This document shows, piece after piece, positions 24,489-37,503 of a stretch of DNA of 64,000 bases. The DNA comes from Ophelia neglecta (lineage: Eukaryota): the NCBI GenBank assembly GCA_965285935.1, contig OZ260662.1, positions 58,900,001 to 58,964,000 of the forward strand. The letters are read 5' to 3'. The translations under genes and the position numbers were made by a program. Below the pieces are notes generated by a model. The model did no database searches, was not told the DNA's origin, and saw nothing but the letters and a program-made list of their open reading frames with translations. Within the stretch, counting starts at the first letter, position 1; each line of letters opens with the position of its first letter.

Positions 24489-25763
24489 ATGGTCAAAGGC
24501 TACCATATTCCCTTTAATGCTTCCCCAATACAATTAAACCTGCCTAAGAAAACGGTTTTTTGTGCACGGGAAATGACTTTGATTACAAATGAAGTACAGT
24601 CACCTTTAGAAAAAGGGGTTATAGAGAAATGTAGCAGAGAACCTTGGGATTTTGTCTCTAACATTTTTACTAGGGAGAAAAAAGATGGTTCGAGTAGGAT
24701 TATCTTGAATGTTAAAAAACTGAACATGTATGTGGATCATACCCATTTCAAAATGAAGACGCTATTGACAGCAATAAGGTTAATGAAATCAGGATGTTTT
24801 ATGGCATCAATTGATCTGAAAGATGCATACTATTCTGTCCCTATTGCAGAAGAACATCAAAAGTATCTCAAATTTGAGTGGGAAGGACAATTCTTCCAAT
24901 ACACCGTTTTTCCAAACGGCCTAAGAAGCTGTCCTCGAGATTTTACCAAGTTGCTTAAGCCAGCTTATGCCGAATTACGCCGGCAAGCTAATCAATCTGT
25001 GGCATATATGGATGACTCATTTTTACAAGGTGAGCAAAAGGCTGACTGCCAGTTAAACGTGCTTCACACAGCTGAGATGATCTCATCCCTCGGTTTTATT
25101 ATACACCCTGAAAAATCAGTACTTGTCCCAACTCAGATAATTGAGTTCCTGGGCTTCCTGTTGGACTCAATCAACATGGTAGTAAAACTGACCCCACACA
25201 AAGCTACTGTTGTAAAACAGGCATGTGAACATCTCATGTCAAAGAATCTTCCCACAATTAGGGAAGTTTGTGTGGTTATAGGCAAATTAGTGGCTAGCTT
25301 TCCTGGAGTACTAATGGGACCACTTCATTATAGAACAATAGAGACTGACAAAACTGCAGCTTTGAAGCTAAACAAGGGGAACTTTGATGCCACCATGACT
25401 TTATCACAAGGGGCCATTTCTGATTTGCAGTGGTGGACTCAGCATGTTGAAACTGCTTTCAAACCAATTTCTCATGGTGAACCAGATGTTGTTCTCACCA
25501 CAGATGCAAGCCTTAAAGCCTGGGGTGCCTTTAATAAAACCAACTCACATTCAGCCCAAGGGGAATGGTCAATTAATGAAGCATCGAGTCATATCAATGT
25601 TCTAGAACTAAAAGCAGCTCTTTTCGAACTGAAATCTCTCAGTGCTGTCTTGACAAATAAGCACATCAGACTTATGGTTGATAACATGACTGCTGTGGCT
25701 TACATTAGAGAGATGGGTGGGTGCAAATCCCATGATTGTGATCTTATCAGCCTAGAAATCTGA
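24489..25763 (+). CDS. DIRS RT-RNaseH ORF, unit 1 (424 aa, C-terminally truncated)
   Basis: IDLKDAYYSVPI, PNGL, YMDD, EFLG, TTDAS, HINVLELKA, MVDN. Confidence 0.8.
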   Translation: MVKGYHIPFNASPIQLNLPKKTVFCAREMTLITNEVQSPLEKGVIEKCSREPWDFVSNIFTREKKDGSSRIILNVKKLNMYVDHTHFKMKTLLTAIRLMKSGCFMASIDLKDAYYSVPIAEEHQKYLKFEWEGQFFQYTVFPNGLRSCPRDFTKLLKPAYAELRRQANQSVAYMDDSFLQGEQKADCQLNVLHTAEMISSLGFIIHPEKSVLVPTQIIEFLGFLLDSINMVVKLTPHKATVVKQACEHLMSKNLPTIREVCVVIGKLVASFPGVLMGPLHYRTIETDKTAALKLNKGNFDATMTLSQGAISDLQWWTQHVETAFKPISHGEPDVVLTTDASLKAWGAFNKTNSHSAQGEWSINEASSHINVLELKAALFELKSLSAVLTNKHIRLMVDNMTAVAYIREMGGCKSHDCDLISLEI

Positions 25764-27230
25764 CAGTGGGCTTCTAGAAGCCTGTTTCTAGAAGCCTGTG
25801 GATCAGTGTAGCCCGTATTGCTGGAAAAGACAACATTGAAGCTGATATATTATCCAGAAAGTTTGATCATGAAACAGAATGGATGTTAAACCCACAAATG
25901 TTTAGAAATGCAATCAATTTGTGCCAGTTAGAACCTAAGATTGATCTCTTTGCCTTCTAGAATCAACTGTCAATTGCCTACTTTCTTAGCTTGGAAACCT
26001 CAGCCAAATGCTTTTGCAATTGATGCTTTCTCAATTAATTGGTCATTACTTGATTTTTACGCTTTTCCGCCTTTCTCTGTCATTTCTTTGGTTATACTAA
26101 AAGTCTTACATGAGAAAGCAACAGGAATACTTGTTATTCCCTACTGGCCGACTCAGTAAAATGAAGTAAAAAGATGTCCAACGGGTGTTAAAACTTTAAT
26201 AGACCGACGTTTCGGCTGATGCAGCCTTCCTCAAGGTACAAAAAATTTAAAATGACTCAGGCCTGGTTCCCATCTGTCATACATCTGTTGTGTGATTTCC
26301 CAATTTTGCTTTCTAGGAGCCGGTCATTATTGACCCTGCCGAGCAATCCACACAAAACACATCTATTGCACAAGAAGCTAGATCTACTACATGTGCTACA
26401 TATCGAGGCAAACATCCAAAGTCAGGGACTTTCAACAACGGCTAGAAATCTCATTCAGGCATCATGGAGACCGTCCACGAAAAAACAATACATCCCCTAC
26501 TTACGGCGGTGGGAAATTTATTGCCATCAGAGGAAAATCAATAAAATTAAAAGTTCTGTGACTGATGGAATTAATTAACTTGGCTGAACTTTATAATACC
26601 GGAATTGGATAAAGTGCTATCAGCACCGCTCGTTCGGCACTATCAACAGTTCTGCCGACTGTGGACCGAATAACTTTTGGCAAAGACCCCAATGTGACAA
26701 GGCTTTTAAAAGGAGTCTTCAATAAAAGACCTTCTTTGCCAAGGTTTTCAGCAATTTTTGATGTCAACATCTTATGATTCATTTTAAAAATATACCACTT
26801 TACCTGATCCCACTCAAGGAACTTTCTACAAAATTAGTGATGCTGCTCGCTCTATTAACTGGCCAGCGTGTGCAGACTCTCGTGGCTATCAAAACGGACA
26901 AGCTAACTTGTAAACCTACAAAGTGTGTTATCACAATTGATTCCGTATTAAAAACATCGAAGCCAGGGCGGCACATCAAGCCTATTGAGCTTTTGGCCTT
27001 TGAGGATGAAACATTGTCCCCTGTAAAGCATTTACAGAAATATCTTGATTCAACATCTTCACTTAGGGGGAATGAGACCAAACTATTGGTGATGAGGCTA
27101 TTTTCAAGTTGAATTTTGATCAAATATTGCTGAATGCAATTGACAGTGTAAAGAAGTTTAAGGCTGGCCGGCTTAAGCACTTTGTAAACAAGTGGTAATC
27201 TCTAACAACTGATAAAGAGATCATTCAAAT

Positions 27231-28553
27231 ATGGTCAAAGGCTACCATATTCCCTTTAATGCTTCCCCAATACAATTAAACCTCCCTAAGAAAACGGTTT
27301 TTTGTGCACGGGAAATGACTTTGATTACAAATGAAGTACAGTCACTTTTAGAAAAAGGGGTTATAGAGAAATGTAGCAGAGAACCTTGGGATTTTGTCTC
27401 TAACATTTTTACTAGGGAGAAAAAAGATGGTTCGAGTAGGATTATCTTGAATGTTAAAAAACTGAACATGTATGTGGATCATACCCATTTCAAAATGAAG
27501 ACGCTATTGACAGCAATAAGGTTAATGAAATCAGTATGTTTTATGGCATCAATTGATCTGAAAGATGCATACTATTCTGTCCCTATTGCAGAAGAACATC
27601 AAAAGAATCTCAAATTTGAGTGGGAAGGACAATTCTTCCAATACACCGTTTTTCCAAACGGCCTAAGAAGCTGTCCTCGAGATTTTACCAAGTTGCTTAA
27701 GCCAGCTTATGCCGAATTACGCCGGCAAGCGAATCAATCTGTGGCATATATGGATGACTCATTTTTACAAGGTGAGCAAAAGGCTGACTGCCAGTTAAAC
27801 GTGCTTCACACAGCTGAGATGATCTCATCCCTCGGTTTTATTATACACCCTGAAAAATCAGTACTTGTCCCAACTCAGATAATTGAGTTCCTGGGCTTCC
27901 TGTTGGACTCAATCAACATGGTAGTAAAACTGACCCCACACAAAGCTACTGTTGTAAAACAGGCATGTGAACATCTCATGTCAAAGAATCTTCCCACAAT
28001 TAGGGAAGTTTGTGTGGTTATAGGCAAATTAGTGGCTAGCTTTCCTGGAGTACTAATGGGACCACTTTACTATAGAACAATAGAGACTGACAAAACTGCA
28101 GCCTTGAAGCTAAACAAGGGGAACTTTGATGCCACCATGACTTTATCACAAGGGGCCATTTCTGATTTGCAGTGGTGGACTCAGCATGTTGAAACTGCTT
28201 TCAAACCAATTTCTCATGGTGAACCAGATGTTGTTCTCACCACAGATGCAAGCCTTAAAGCCTGGGGTGCCTTTAATAAAACCAACTCAAATTCAGCCCA
28301 AGGGGAATGGTCAATTAATGAAGCATCGAGTCATATCAATGTTCTAGAACTAAAAGCAGCTCTTTTCGAACTGAAATCTCTCAGTGCTGTCTTGACAAAT
28401 AAGCACATCAGACTTATGGTTGATAACATGACTGCTGTGGCTTACATTAGAGAGATGGGTGGGTGCAAATCCCATGATTGTGATCTTATCAGCCTAGAAA
28501 TCTGGCAGTGGGCTTCTAGAAGCCTGTTTCTAGAAGCCTGTGGATCAGTGTAG
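27231..28553 (+). CDS. DIRS RT-RNaseH ORF, unit 2 (440 aa)
   Basis: Same motifs as unit 1. Confidence 0.8.
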   Translation: MVKGYHIPFNASPIQLNLPKKTVFCAREMTLITNEVQSLLEKGVIEKCSREPWDFVSNIFTREKKDGSSRIILNVKKLNMYVDHTHFKMKTLLTAIRLMKSVCFMASIDLKDAYYSVPIAEEHQKNLKFEWEGQFFQYTVFPNGLRSCPRDFTKLLKPAYAELRRQANQSVAYMDDSFLQGEQKADCQLNVLHTAEMISSLGFIIHPEKSVLVPTQIIEFLGFLLDSINMVVKLTPHKATVVKQACEHLMSKNLPTIREVCVVIGKLVASFPGVLMGPLYYRTIETDKTAALKLNKGNFDATMTLSQGAISDLQWWTQHVETAFKPISHGEPDVVLTTDASLKAWGAFNKTNSNSAQGEWSINEASSHINVLELKAALFELKSLSAVLTNKHIRLMVDNMTAVAYIREMGGCKSHDCDLISLEIWQWASRSLFLEACGSV

Positions 28554-28682
28554 CCCGTATTGCTGGAAAAGACAACATTGAAGCTGATATATTATACAGA
28601 AAGTTTGATCATGAAACAGAATGGATGTTAAACCCACAAATGTTTAGAAATGCAATCAATTTGTGCCAGTTAGAACCTAAGA

Positions 28683-29060
28683 TTGATCTCTTTGCCTTCT
28701 AGAATCAACTGTCAATTGCCTACTTTCTTAGCTTGGAAACCTCAGCCAAATGCTTCTGCAATTGATGCTTTCTCAATTAATTGGTCATTACTTGATTTTT
28801 ACGCTTTTCCGCCTTTCTCTGTCATTTCTTTGGTTATACTAAAAGTCTTACATGAGAAAGCAACAGGAATCATTGTTATTCCCTACTGGCCGACTCAGGC
28901 CTGGTTCCCATCTGTCATACATCTGTTGTGTGATTTCCCAATTTTGCTTTCTAGGAGCCGGTCATTATTGACCCTGCCGAGCAATCCACACAAAACACAT
29001 CTATTGCACAATAAGCTAGATCTACTGATGTGCTACATATCGAGGCAAACATCCAAAGTC
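28683..29060 (+). pseudogene. DIRS N6-adenine methyltransferase-like domain (present in every unit, out of frame with RT)
   Basis: (I)DLF/xSRINCQLP...IDAFSINW...YAFPPF...IPYWPTQAWFP, the typical DIRS MT motif set. Confidence 0.8.
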
Positions 29061-29155
29061 AGGGACTTTCAACAACGGCTAGAAATCTCATTCAGGCATC
29101 ATGGAGACCGTCCACGAAAAAACAATACATCCCCTACTTACGGCGGTGGGAAATT

Positions 29156-29978
29156 TATTGCCATCAGAGGAAAATCAATAAAATTAAAAGTTCTGTGACT
29201 GATGGAATTAATTAACTTGGCTGAACTTTATAATACCGGAATTGGATAAAGTGCTATCAGCACCGCTCGTTCGGCACTATCAACAGTTCTGCCGACTGTG
29301 GACCGAATAAATTTTGGCAAAGACCCCAATGTGACAAGGCTTTTAAAAGGAGTCTTCAATAAAAGACCTTCTTTGCCAAGGTTTTCAGCAATTTTTGATG
29401 TCAACATCTTATGATTCATTTTAAAAATATATTGCCATCAGAGGAAAATCAATAAAATTAAAAGTTCTGTGACTGATGGAATTAATTAACTTGGCTGAAC
29501 TTTATAATACCGGAATTGGATAAAGTGCTATCAGCACCGCTCGTTCGGCACTATCAACAGTTCTGCCGACTGTGGACCGAATAAATTTTGGCAAAGACCC
29601 CAATGTGACAAGGCTTTTAAAAGGAGTCTTCAATAAAAGACCTTCTTTGCCAAGGTTTTCAGCAATTTTTGATGTCAACATCTTATGATTCATTTTAAAA
29701 ATATATTGCCATCAGAGGAAAATCAATAAAATTAAAAGTTCTGTGACTGATGGAATTAATTAACTTGGCTGAACTTTATAATACCGGAATTGGATAAAGT
29801 GCTATCAGCACCGCTCGTTCGGCACTATCAACAGTTCTGCCGACTGTGGACCGAATAAATTTTGGCAAAGACCCCAATGTGACAAGGCTTTTAAAAGGAG
29901 TCTTCAATAAAAGACCTTCTTTGCCAAGGTTTTCAGCAATTTTTGATGTCAACATCTTATGATTCATTTTAAAAATAT
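29156..29978 (+). repeat. 274-bp sub-duplication of the YR N-terminal region (3 copies in unit 2; 2 copies in units 3, 4, 8 and 9)
   Basis: Minus-strand 63-aa ORFs at 29228, 29502 and 29776; junction AAAAATA-TATTGCC. Confidence 0.95.
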
Positions 29979-30412
29979 ACCACTTTACCTGATCCCACTC
30001 AAGGAACTTTCTACAAAATTAGTAATGCCGCTCGCTCTATTAACTGGGCGTGTGCAGACTCTCGTGGCTATCAAAACGGACAAGCTAACTTGTAAACCTA
30101 CAAAGTGTGTTATCACAATTGATTCCGTATTAAAAACATCGAAGCCAGGGCGGCACATCAAGCCTATTGAGCTTTTGGCCTTTGAGGATGAAACATTGTC
30201 CCCTGTAAAGCATTTACAGAAATATCTTGATTCAACATCTTCACTAAGGGGGAATGAGACCAAACTATTGGTGATGAGGCTATTTTCAAGTTGAATGTTG
30301 ATCAAATATTGCTGAATGCAATTAACAGTGTAAAGAAGTTTAAGGCTGGCCGGCTTAAGCACTTTGTAAACAAGTGGTAATCTCTAACAACTGATAAAGA
30401 GATCATTCAAAT

Positions 30413-31736
30413 ATGGTCAAAGGCTACCATATTCCCTTTAATGCTTCCCCAATACAATTAAACCTGCCTAAGAAAACGGTTTTTTGTGCACGGGAAATGA
30501 CTTTGATTACAAATGAAGTACAGTCACCTTTAGAAAAAGGGGTTATAGAGAAATGTAGCAGAGAACCTTGGGATTTTGTCTCTAACATTTTTACTAGGGA
30601 GAAAAAAGATGGTTCGAGTAGGATTATCTTGAATGTTAAAAAACTGAACATGTATGTGGATCATACCCATTTCAAAATGAAGACGCTATTGACAGCAATA
30701 AGGTTAATGAAATCAGGATGTTTTATGGCATCAATTGATCTGAAAGATGCATACTATTCTGTCCCTATTGCAGAAGAACATCAAAAGTATCTCAAATTTG
30801 AGTGGGAAGGACAATTCTTCCAATACACCGTTTTTCCAAACGGCCTAAGAAGCTGTCCTCGAGATTTTACCAAGTTGCTTAAGCCAGCTTATGCCGAATT
30901 ACGCCGGCAAGCTAATCAATCTGTGGCATATATGGATGACTCATTTTTACAAGGTGAGCAAAAAGGCTGACTGCCAGTTAAACGTGCTTCACACAGCTGA
31001 GATGATCTCATCCCTCGGTTTTATTATACACCCTGAAAAATCAGTACTTGTCCCAACTCAGATAATTGAGTTCCTGGGCTTCCTGTTGGACTCAATCAAC
31101 ATGGTAGTAAAACTGACCCCACACAAAGCTACTGTTGTAAAACAGGCATGTGAACATCTCATGTCAAAGAATCTTCCCACAATTAGGGAAGTTTGTGTGG
31201 TTATAGGCAAATTAGTGGCTAGCTTTCCTGGAGTACTAATGGGACCACTTCACTATAGAACAATAGAGACTGACAAAACTGCAGCTTTGAAGCTAAACAA
31301 GGGGAACTTTGATGCCACCATGACTTTATCACAAGGGGCCATTTCTGATTTGCAGTGGTGGACTCAGCATGTTGAAACTGCTTTCAAACCAATTTCTCAT
31401 GGTGAACCAGATGTTGTTCTCACCACAGATGCAAGCCTTAAAGCCTGGGGTGCCTTTAATAAAACCAACTCAAATTCAGCCCAAGGGGAATGGTCAATTA
31501 ATGAAGCATCGAGTCATATCAATGTTCTAGAACTAAAAGCAGCTCTTTTCGAACTGAAATCTCTCAGTGCTGTCTTGACAAATAAGCACATCAGACTTAT
31601 GGTTGATAACATGACTGCTGTGGCTTACATTAGAGAGATGGGTGGGTGCAAATCCCATGATTGTGATCTTATCAGCCTAGAAATCTGGCAGTGGGCTTCT
31701 AGAAGCCTGTTTCTAGAAGCCTGTGGATCAGTGTAG
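30413..31736 (+). pseudogene. DIRS RT-RNaseH, unit 3 (+1 frameshift near 30961)
   Basis: Split ORFs 30413-30970 and 30891-31736. Confidence 0.8.
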
Positions 31737-33321
31737 CCCGTATTGCTGGAAAAGACAACATTGAAGCTGATATATTATCCAGAAAGTTTGATCATGAAAC
31801 AGAATGGATGTTAAACCCACAAATGTTTAGAAATGCAATCAATTTGTGCCAGTTAGAACCTAAGATTGATCTCTTTGCCTTCTAGAATCAACTGTCAATT
31901 GCCTACTTTCTTAGCTTGGAAACCTCAGCCAAATGCTTCTGCAATTGATGCTTTCTCAATTAATTGGTCATTACTTGATTTTTACGCTTTTCCGCCTTTC
32001 TCTGTCATTTCTTTGGTTATACTAAAAGTCTTACATGAGAAAGCAACAGGAATCATTGTTATTCCCTACTGGCCGACTCAGGCCTGGTTCCCATCTGTCA
32101 TACATCTGTTGTGTGATTTCCCAATTTTGCTTTCTAGGAGCCGGTCATTATTGACCCTGCCGAGCAATCCACACAAAACACATCTATTGCACAAGAAGCT
32201 AGATCTACTGATGTGCTACATATCGAGGCAAACATCCAAAGTCAGGGACTTTCAACAACGGCTAGAAATCTCATTCAGGCATCATGGAGACCGTCCACGA
32301 AAAAACAATACATCCCCTACTTACGGCGGTGGGAAATTTATTGCCATCAGAGGAAAATCAATAAAATTAAAAGTTCTGTGACTGATGGAATTAATTAACT
32401 TGGCTGAACTTTATAATACCGGAATTGGATAAAGTGCTATCAGCACCGCTCGTTCGGCACTATCAACAGTTCTGCCGACTGTGGACCGAATAAATTTTGG
32501 CAAAGACCCCAATGTGACAAGGCTTTTAAAAGGAGTCTTCAATAAAAGACCTTCTTTGCCAAGGTTTTCAGCAATTTTTGATGTCAACATCTTATGATTC
32601 ATTTTAAAAATATATTGCCATCAGAGGAAAATCAATAAAATTAAAAGTTCTGTGACTGATGGAATTAATTAACTTGGCTGAACTTTATAATACCGGAATT
32701 GGATAAAGTGCTATCAGCACCGCTCGTTCGGCACTATCAACAGTTCTGCCGACTGTGGACCGAATAAATTTTGGCAAAGACCCCAATGTGACAAGGCTTT
32801 TAAAAGGAGTCTTCAATAAAAGACCTTCTTTGCCAAGGTTTTCAGCAATTTTTGATGTCAACATCTTATGATTCATTTTAAAAATATACCACTTTACCTG
32901 ATCCCACTCAAGGAACTTTCTACAAAATTAGTAATGCCGCTCGCTCTATTAACTGGGCGTGTGCAGACTCTCGTGGCTATCAAAACGGACAAGCTAACTT
33001 GTAAACCTACAAAGTGTGTTATCACAATTGATTCCGTATTAAAAACATCGAAGCCAGGGCGGCACATCAAGCCTATTGAGCTTTTGGCCTTTGAGGATGA
33101 AACATTGTCCCCTGTAAAGCATTTACAGAAATATCTTGATTCAACATCTTCACTAAGGGGGAATGAGACCAAACTATTGGTGATGAGGCTATTTTCAAGT
33201 TGAATGTTGATCAAATATTGCTGAATGCAATTAACAGTGTAAAGAAGTTTAAGGCTGGCCGGCTTAAGCACTTTGTAAACAAGTGGTAATCTCTAACAAC
33301 TGATAAAGAGATCATTCAAAT

Positions 33322-34644
33322 ATGGTCAAAGGCTACCATATTCCCTTTAATGCTTCCCCAATACAATTAAACCTGCCTAAGAAAACGGTTTTTTGTGCAC
33401 GGGAAATGACTTTGATTACAAATGAAGTACAGTCACCTTTAGAAAAAGGGGTTATAGAGAAATGTAGCAGAGAACCTTGGGATTTTGTCTCTAACATTTT
33501 TACTAGGGAGAAAAAAGATGGTTCGAGTAGGATTATCTTGAATGTTAAAAAACTGAACATGTATGTGGATCATACCCATTTCAAAATGAAGACGCTATTG
33601 ACAGCAATAAGGTTAATGAAATCAGGATGTTTTATGGCATCAATTGATCTGAAAGATGCATACTATTCTGTCCCTATTGCAGAAGAACATCAAAAGTATC
33701 TCAAATTTGAGTGGGAAGGACAATTCTTCCAATACACCGTTTTTCCAAACGGCCTAAGAAGCTGTCCTCGAGATTTTACCAAGTTGCTTAAGCCAGCTTA
33801 TGCCGAATTACGCCGGCAAGCTAATCAATCTGTGGCATATATGGATGACTCATTTTTACAAGGTGAGCAAAAGGCTGACTGCCAGTTAAACGTGCTTCAC
33901 ACAGCTGAGATGATCTCATCCCTCGGTTTTATTATACACCCTGAAAAATCAGTACTTGTCCCAACTCAGATAATTGAGTTCCTGGGCTTCCTGTTGGACT
34001 CAATCAACATGGTAGTAAAACTGACCCCACACAAAGCTACTGTTGTAAAACAGGCATGTGAACATCTCATGTCAAAGAATCTTCCCACAATTAGGGAAGT
34101 TTGTGTGGTTATAGGCAAATTAGTGGCTAGCTTTCCTGGAGTACTAATGGGACCACTTCACTATAGAACAATAGAGACTGACAAAACTGCAGCTTTGAAG
34201 CTAAACAAGGGGAACTTTGATGCCACCATGACTTTATCACAAGGGGCCATTTCTGATTTGCAGTGGTGGACTCAGCATGTTGAAACTGCTTTCAAACCAA
34301 TTTCTCATGGTGAACCAGATGTTGTTCTCACCACAGATGCAAGCCTTAAAGCCTGGGGTGCCTTTAATAAAACCAACTCAAATTCAGCCCAAGGGGAATG
34401 GTCAATTAATGAAGCATCGAGTCATATCAATGTTCTAGAACTAAAAGCAGCTCTTTTCGAACTGAAATCTCTCAGTGCTGTCTTGACAAATAAGCACATC
34501 AGACTTATGGTTGATAACATGACTGCTGTGGCTTACATTAGAGAGATGGGTGGGTGCAAATCCCATGATTGTGATCTTATCAGCCTAGAAATCTGGCAGT
34601 GGGCTTCTAGAAGCCTGTTTCTAGAAGCCTGTGGATCAGTGTAG
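33322..34644 (+). CDS. DIRS RT-RNaseH ORF, unit 4
   Basis: Same motifs as unit 1. Confidence 0.8.
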   Translation: MVKGYHIPFNASPIQLNLPKKTVFCAREMTLITNEVQSPLEKGVIEKCSREPWDFVSNIFTREKKDGSSRIILNVKKLNMYVDHTHFKMKTLLTAIRLMKSGCFMASIDLKDAYYSVPIAEEHQKYLKFEWEGQFFQYTVFPNGLRSCPRDFTKLLKPAYAELRRQANQSVAYMDDSFLQGEQKADCQLNVLHTAEMISSLGFIIHPEKSVLVPTQIIEFLGFLLDSINMVVKLTPHKATVVKQACEHLMSKNLPTIREVCVVIGKLVASFPGVLMGPLHYRTIETDKTAALKLNKGNFDATMTLSQGAISDLQWWTQHVETAFKPISHGEPDVVLTTDASLKAWGAFNKTNSNSAQGEWSINEASSHINVLELKAALFELKSLSAVLTNKHIRLMVDNMTAVAYIREMGGCKSHDCDLISLEIWQWASRSLFLEACGSV

Positions 34645-36312
34645 CCCGTATTGCTGGAAAAGACAACATTGAAGCTGATATATTATCCAGAAAGTTTGAT
34701 CATGAAACAGAATGGATGTTAAACCCACAAATGTTTAGAAATGCAATCAATTTGTGCCAGTTAGAACCTAAGATTGATCTCTTTGCCTTCTAGAATCAAC
34801 TGTCAATTGCCTACTTTCTTAGCTTGGAAACCTCAGCCAAATGCTTCTGCAATTGATGCTTTCTCAATTAATTGGTCATTACTTGATTTTTACGCTTTTC
34901 CGCCTTTCTCTGTCATTTCTTTGGTTATACTAAAAGTCTTACATGAGAAAGCAACAGGAATCATTGTTATTCCCTACTGGCCGACTCAGGCCTGGTTCCC
35001 ATCTGTCATACATCTGTTGTGTGATTTCCCAATTTTGCTTTCTAGGAGCCGGTCATTATTGACCCTGCCGAGCAATCCACACAAAACACATCTATTGCAC
35101 AAGAAGCTAGATCTACTGATGTGCTACATATCGAGGCAAACATCCAAAGTCAGGGACTTTCAACAACGGCTAGAAATCTCATTCAGGCATCATGGAGACC
35201 GTCCACGAAAAAACAATACATCCCCTACTTACGGCGGTGGGAAATTTATTGCCATCAGAGGAAAATCAATAAAATTAAAAGTTCTGTGACTGATGGAATT
35301 AATTAACTTGGCTGAACTTTATAATACCGGAATTGGATAAAGTGCTATCAGCACCGCTCGTTCGGCACTATCAACAGTTCTGCCGACTGTGGACCGAATA
35401 AATTTTGGCAAAGACCCCAATGTGACAAGGCTTTTAAAAGGAGTCTTCAATAAAAGACCTTCTTTGCCAAGGTTTTCAGCAATTTTTGATGTCAACATCT
35501 TATGATTCATTTTAAAAATATATTGCCATCAGAGGAAAATCAATAAAATTAAAAGTTCTGTGACTGATGGAATTAATTAACTTGGCTGAACTTTATAATA
35601 CCGGAATTGGATAAAGTGCTATCAGCACCGCTCGTTCGGCACTATCAACAGTTCTGCCGACTGTGGACCGAATAAATTTTGGCAAAGACCCCAATGTGAC
35701 AAGGCTTTTAAAAGGAGTCTTCAATAAAAGACCTTCTTTGCCAAGGTTTTCAGCAATTTTTGATGTCAACATCTTATGATTCATTTTAAAAATATACCAC
35801 TTTACCTGATCCCACTCAAGGAACTTTCTACAAAATTAGTAATGCTGCTCGCTCTATTAACTGGGCGTGTGCAGACTCTCGTGGCTATCAAAACGGACAA
35901 GCTAACTTGTAAACCTACAAAGTGTGTTATCACAATTGATTCCGTATTAAAAACATCGAAGCCAGGGCGGCACATCAAGCCTATTGAGCTTTTGGCCTTT
36001 GAGGATGAAACATTGTCCCCTGTAAAGCATTTACAGAAATATCTTGATTCAACATCTTCACTAAGGGGGAATGAGACCAAACTATTGGTGATGAGGCTAT
36101 TTTCAAGTTGAATGTTGATCAAATATTGCTGAATGCAATTAACAGTGTAAAGAAGTTTAAGGCTGGCCGGCTTAAGCACTTTGTAAACAAGTGGTAATCT
36201 CTAACAACTGATAAAGAGATCATTCAAATATGGTCAAAGGCTACCATATTCCCTTTAATGCTTCCCCAATACAATTAAACCTGCCTAAGAAAACGGTTTT
36301 TGTGCACGGGAA

Positions 36313-37503
36313 ATGACTTTGATTACAAATGAAGTACAGTCACCTTTAGAAAAAGGGGTTATAGAGAAATGTAGCAGAGAACCTTGGGATTTTGTCTCTA
36401 ACATTTTTACTAGGGAGAAAAAAGATGGTTCGAGTAGGATTATCTTGAATGTTAAAAAACTGAACATGTATGTGGATCATACCCATTTCAAAATGAAGAC
36501 GCTATTGACAGCAATAAGGTTAATGAAATCAGGATGTTTTATGGCATCAATTGATCTGAAAGATGCATACTATTCTGTCCCTATTGCAGAAGAACATCAA
36601 AAGTATCTCAAATTTGAGTGGGAAGGACAATTCTTCCAATACACCGTTTTTCCAAACGGCCTAAGAAGCTGTCCTCGAGATTTTACCAAGTTGCTTAAGC
36701 CAGCTTATGCCGAATTACGCCGGCAAGCTAATCAATCTGTGGCATATATGGATGACTCATTTTTACAAGGTGAGCAAAAGGCTGACTGCCAGTTAAACGT
36801 GCTTCACACAGCTGAGATGATCTCATCCCTCGGTTTTATTATACACCCTGAAAAATCAGTACTTGTCCCAACTCAGATAATTGAGTTCCTGGGCTTCCTG
36901 TTGGACTCAATCAACATGGTAGTAAAACTGACCCCACACAAAGCTACTGTTGTAAAACAGGCATGTGAACATCTCATGTCAAAGAATCTTCCCACAATTA
37001 GGGAAGTTTGTGTGGTTATAGGCAAATTAGTGGCTAGCTTTCCTGGAGTACTAATGGGACCACTTCACTATAGAACAATAGAGACTGACAAAACTGCAGC
37101 TTTGAAGCTAAACAAGGGGAACTTTGATGCCACCATGACTTTATCACAAGGGGCCATTTCTGATTTGCAGTGGTGGACTCAGCATGTTGAAACTGCTTTC
37201 AAACCAATTTCTCATGGTAAACCAGATGTTGTTCTCACCACAGATGCAAGCCTTAAAGCCTGGGGTGCCTTTAATAAAACCAACTCACATTCAGCCCAAG
37301 GGGAATGGTCAATTAATGAAGCATCGAGTCATATCAATGTTCTAGAACTAAAAGCAGCTCTTTTCGAACTGAAATCTCTCAGTGCTGTCTTGACAAATAA
37401 GCACATCAGACTTATGGTTGATAACATGACTGCTGTGGCTTACATTAGAGAGATGGGTGGGTGCAAATCCCATGATTGTGATCTTATCAGCCTAGAAATC
37501 TGA
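36313..37503 (+). CDS. DIRS RT-RNaseH ORF, unit 5 (5' frameshift)
   Basis: Same motifs as unit 1. Confidence 0.75.
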   Translation: MTLITNEVQSPLEKGVIEKCSREPWDFVSNIFTREKKDGSSRIILNVKKLNMYVDHTHFKMKTLLTAIRLMKSGCFMASIDLKDAYYSVPIAEEHQKYLKFEWEGQFFQYTVFPNGLRSCPRDFTKLLKPAYAELRRQANQSVAYMDDSFLQGEQKADCQLNVLHTAEMISSLGFIIHPEKSVLVPTQIIEFLGFLLDSINMVVKLTPHKATVVKQACEHLMSKNLPTIREVCVVIGKLVASFPGVLMGPLHYRTIETDKTAALKLNKGNFDATMTLSQGAISDLQWWTQHVETAFKPISHGKPDVVLTTDASLKAWGAFNKTNSHSAQGEWSINEASSHINVLELKAALFELKSLSAVLTNKHIRLMVDNMTAVAYIREMGGCKSHDCDLISLEI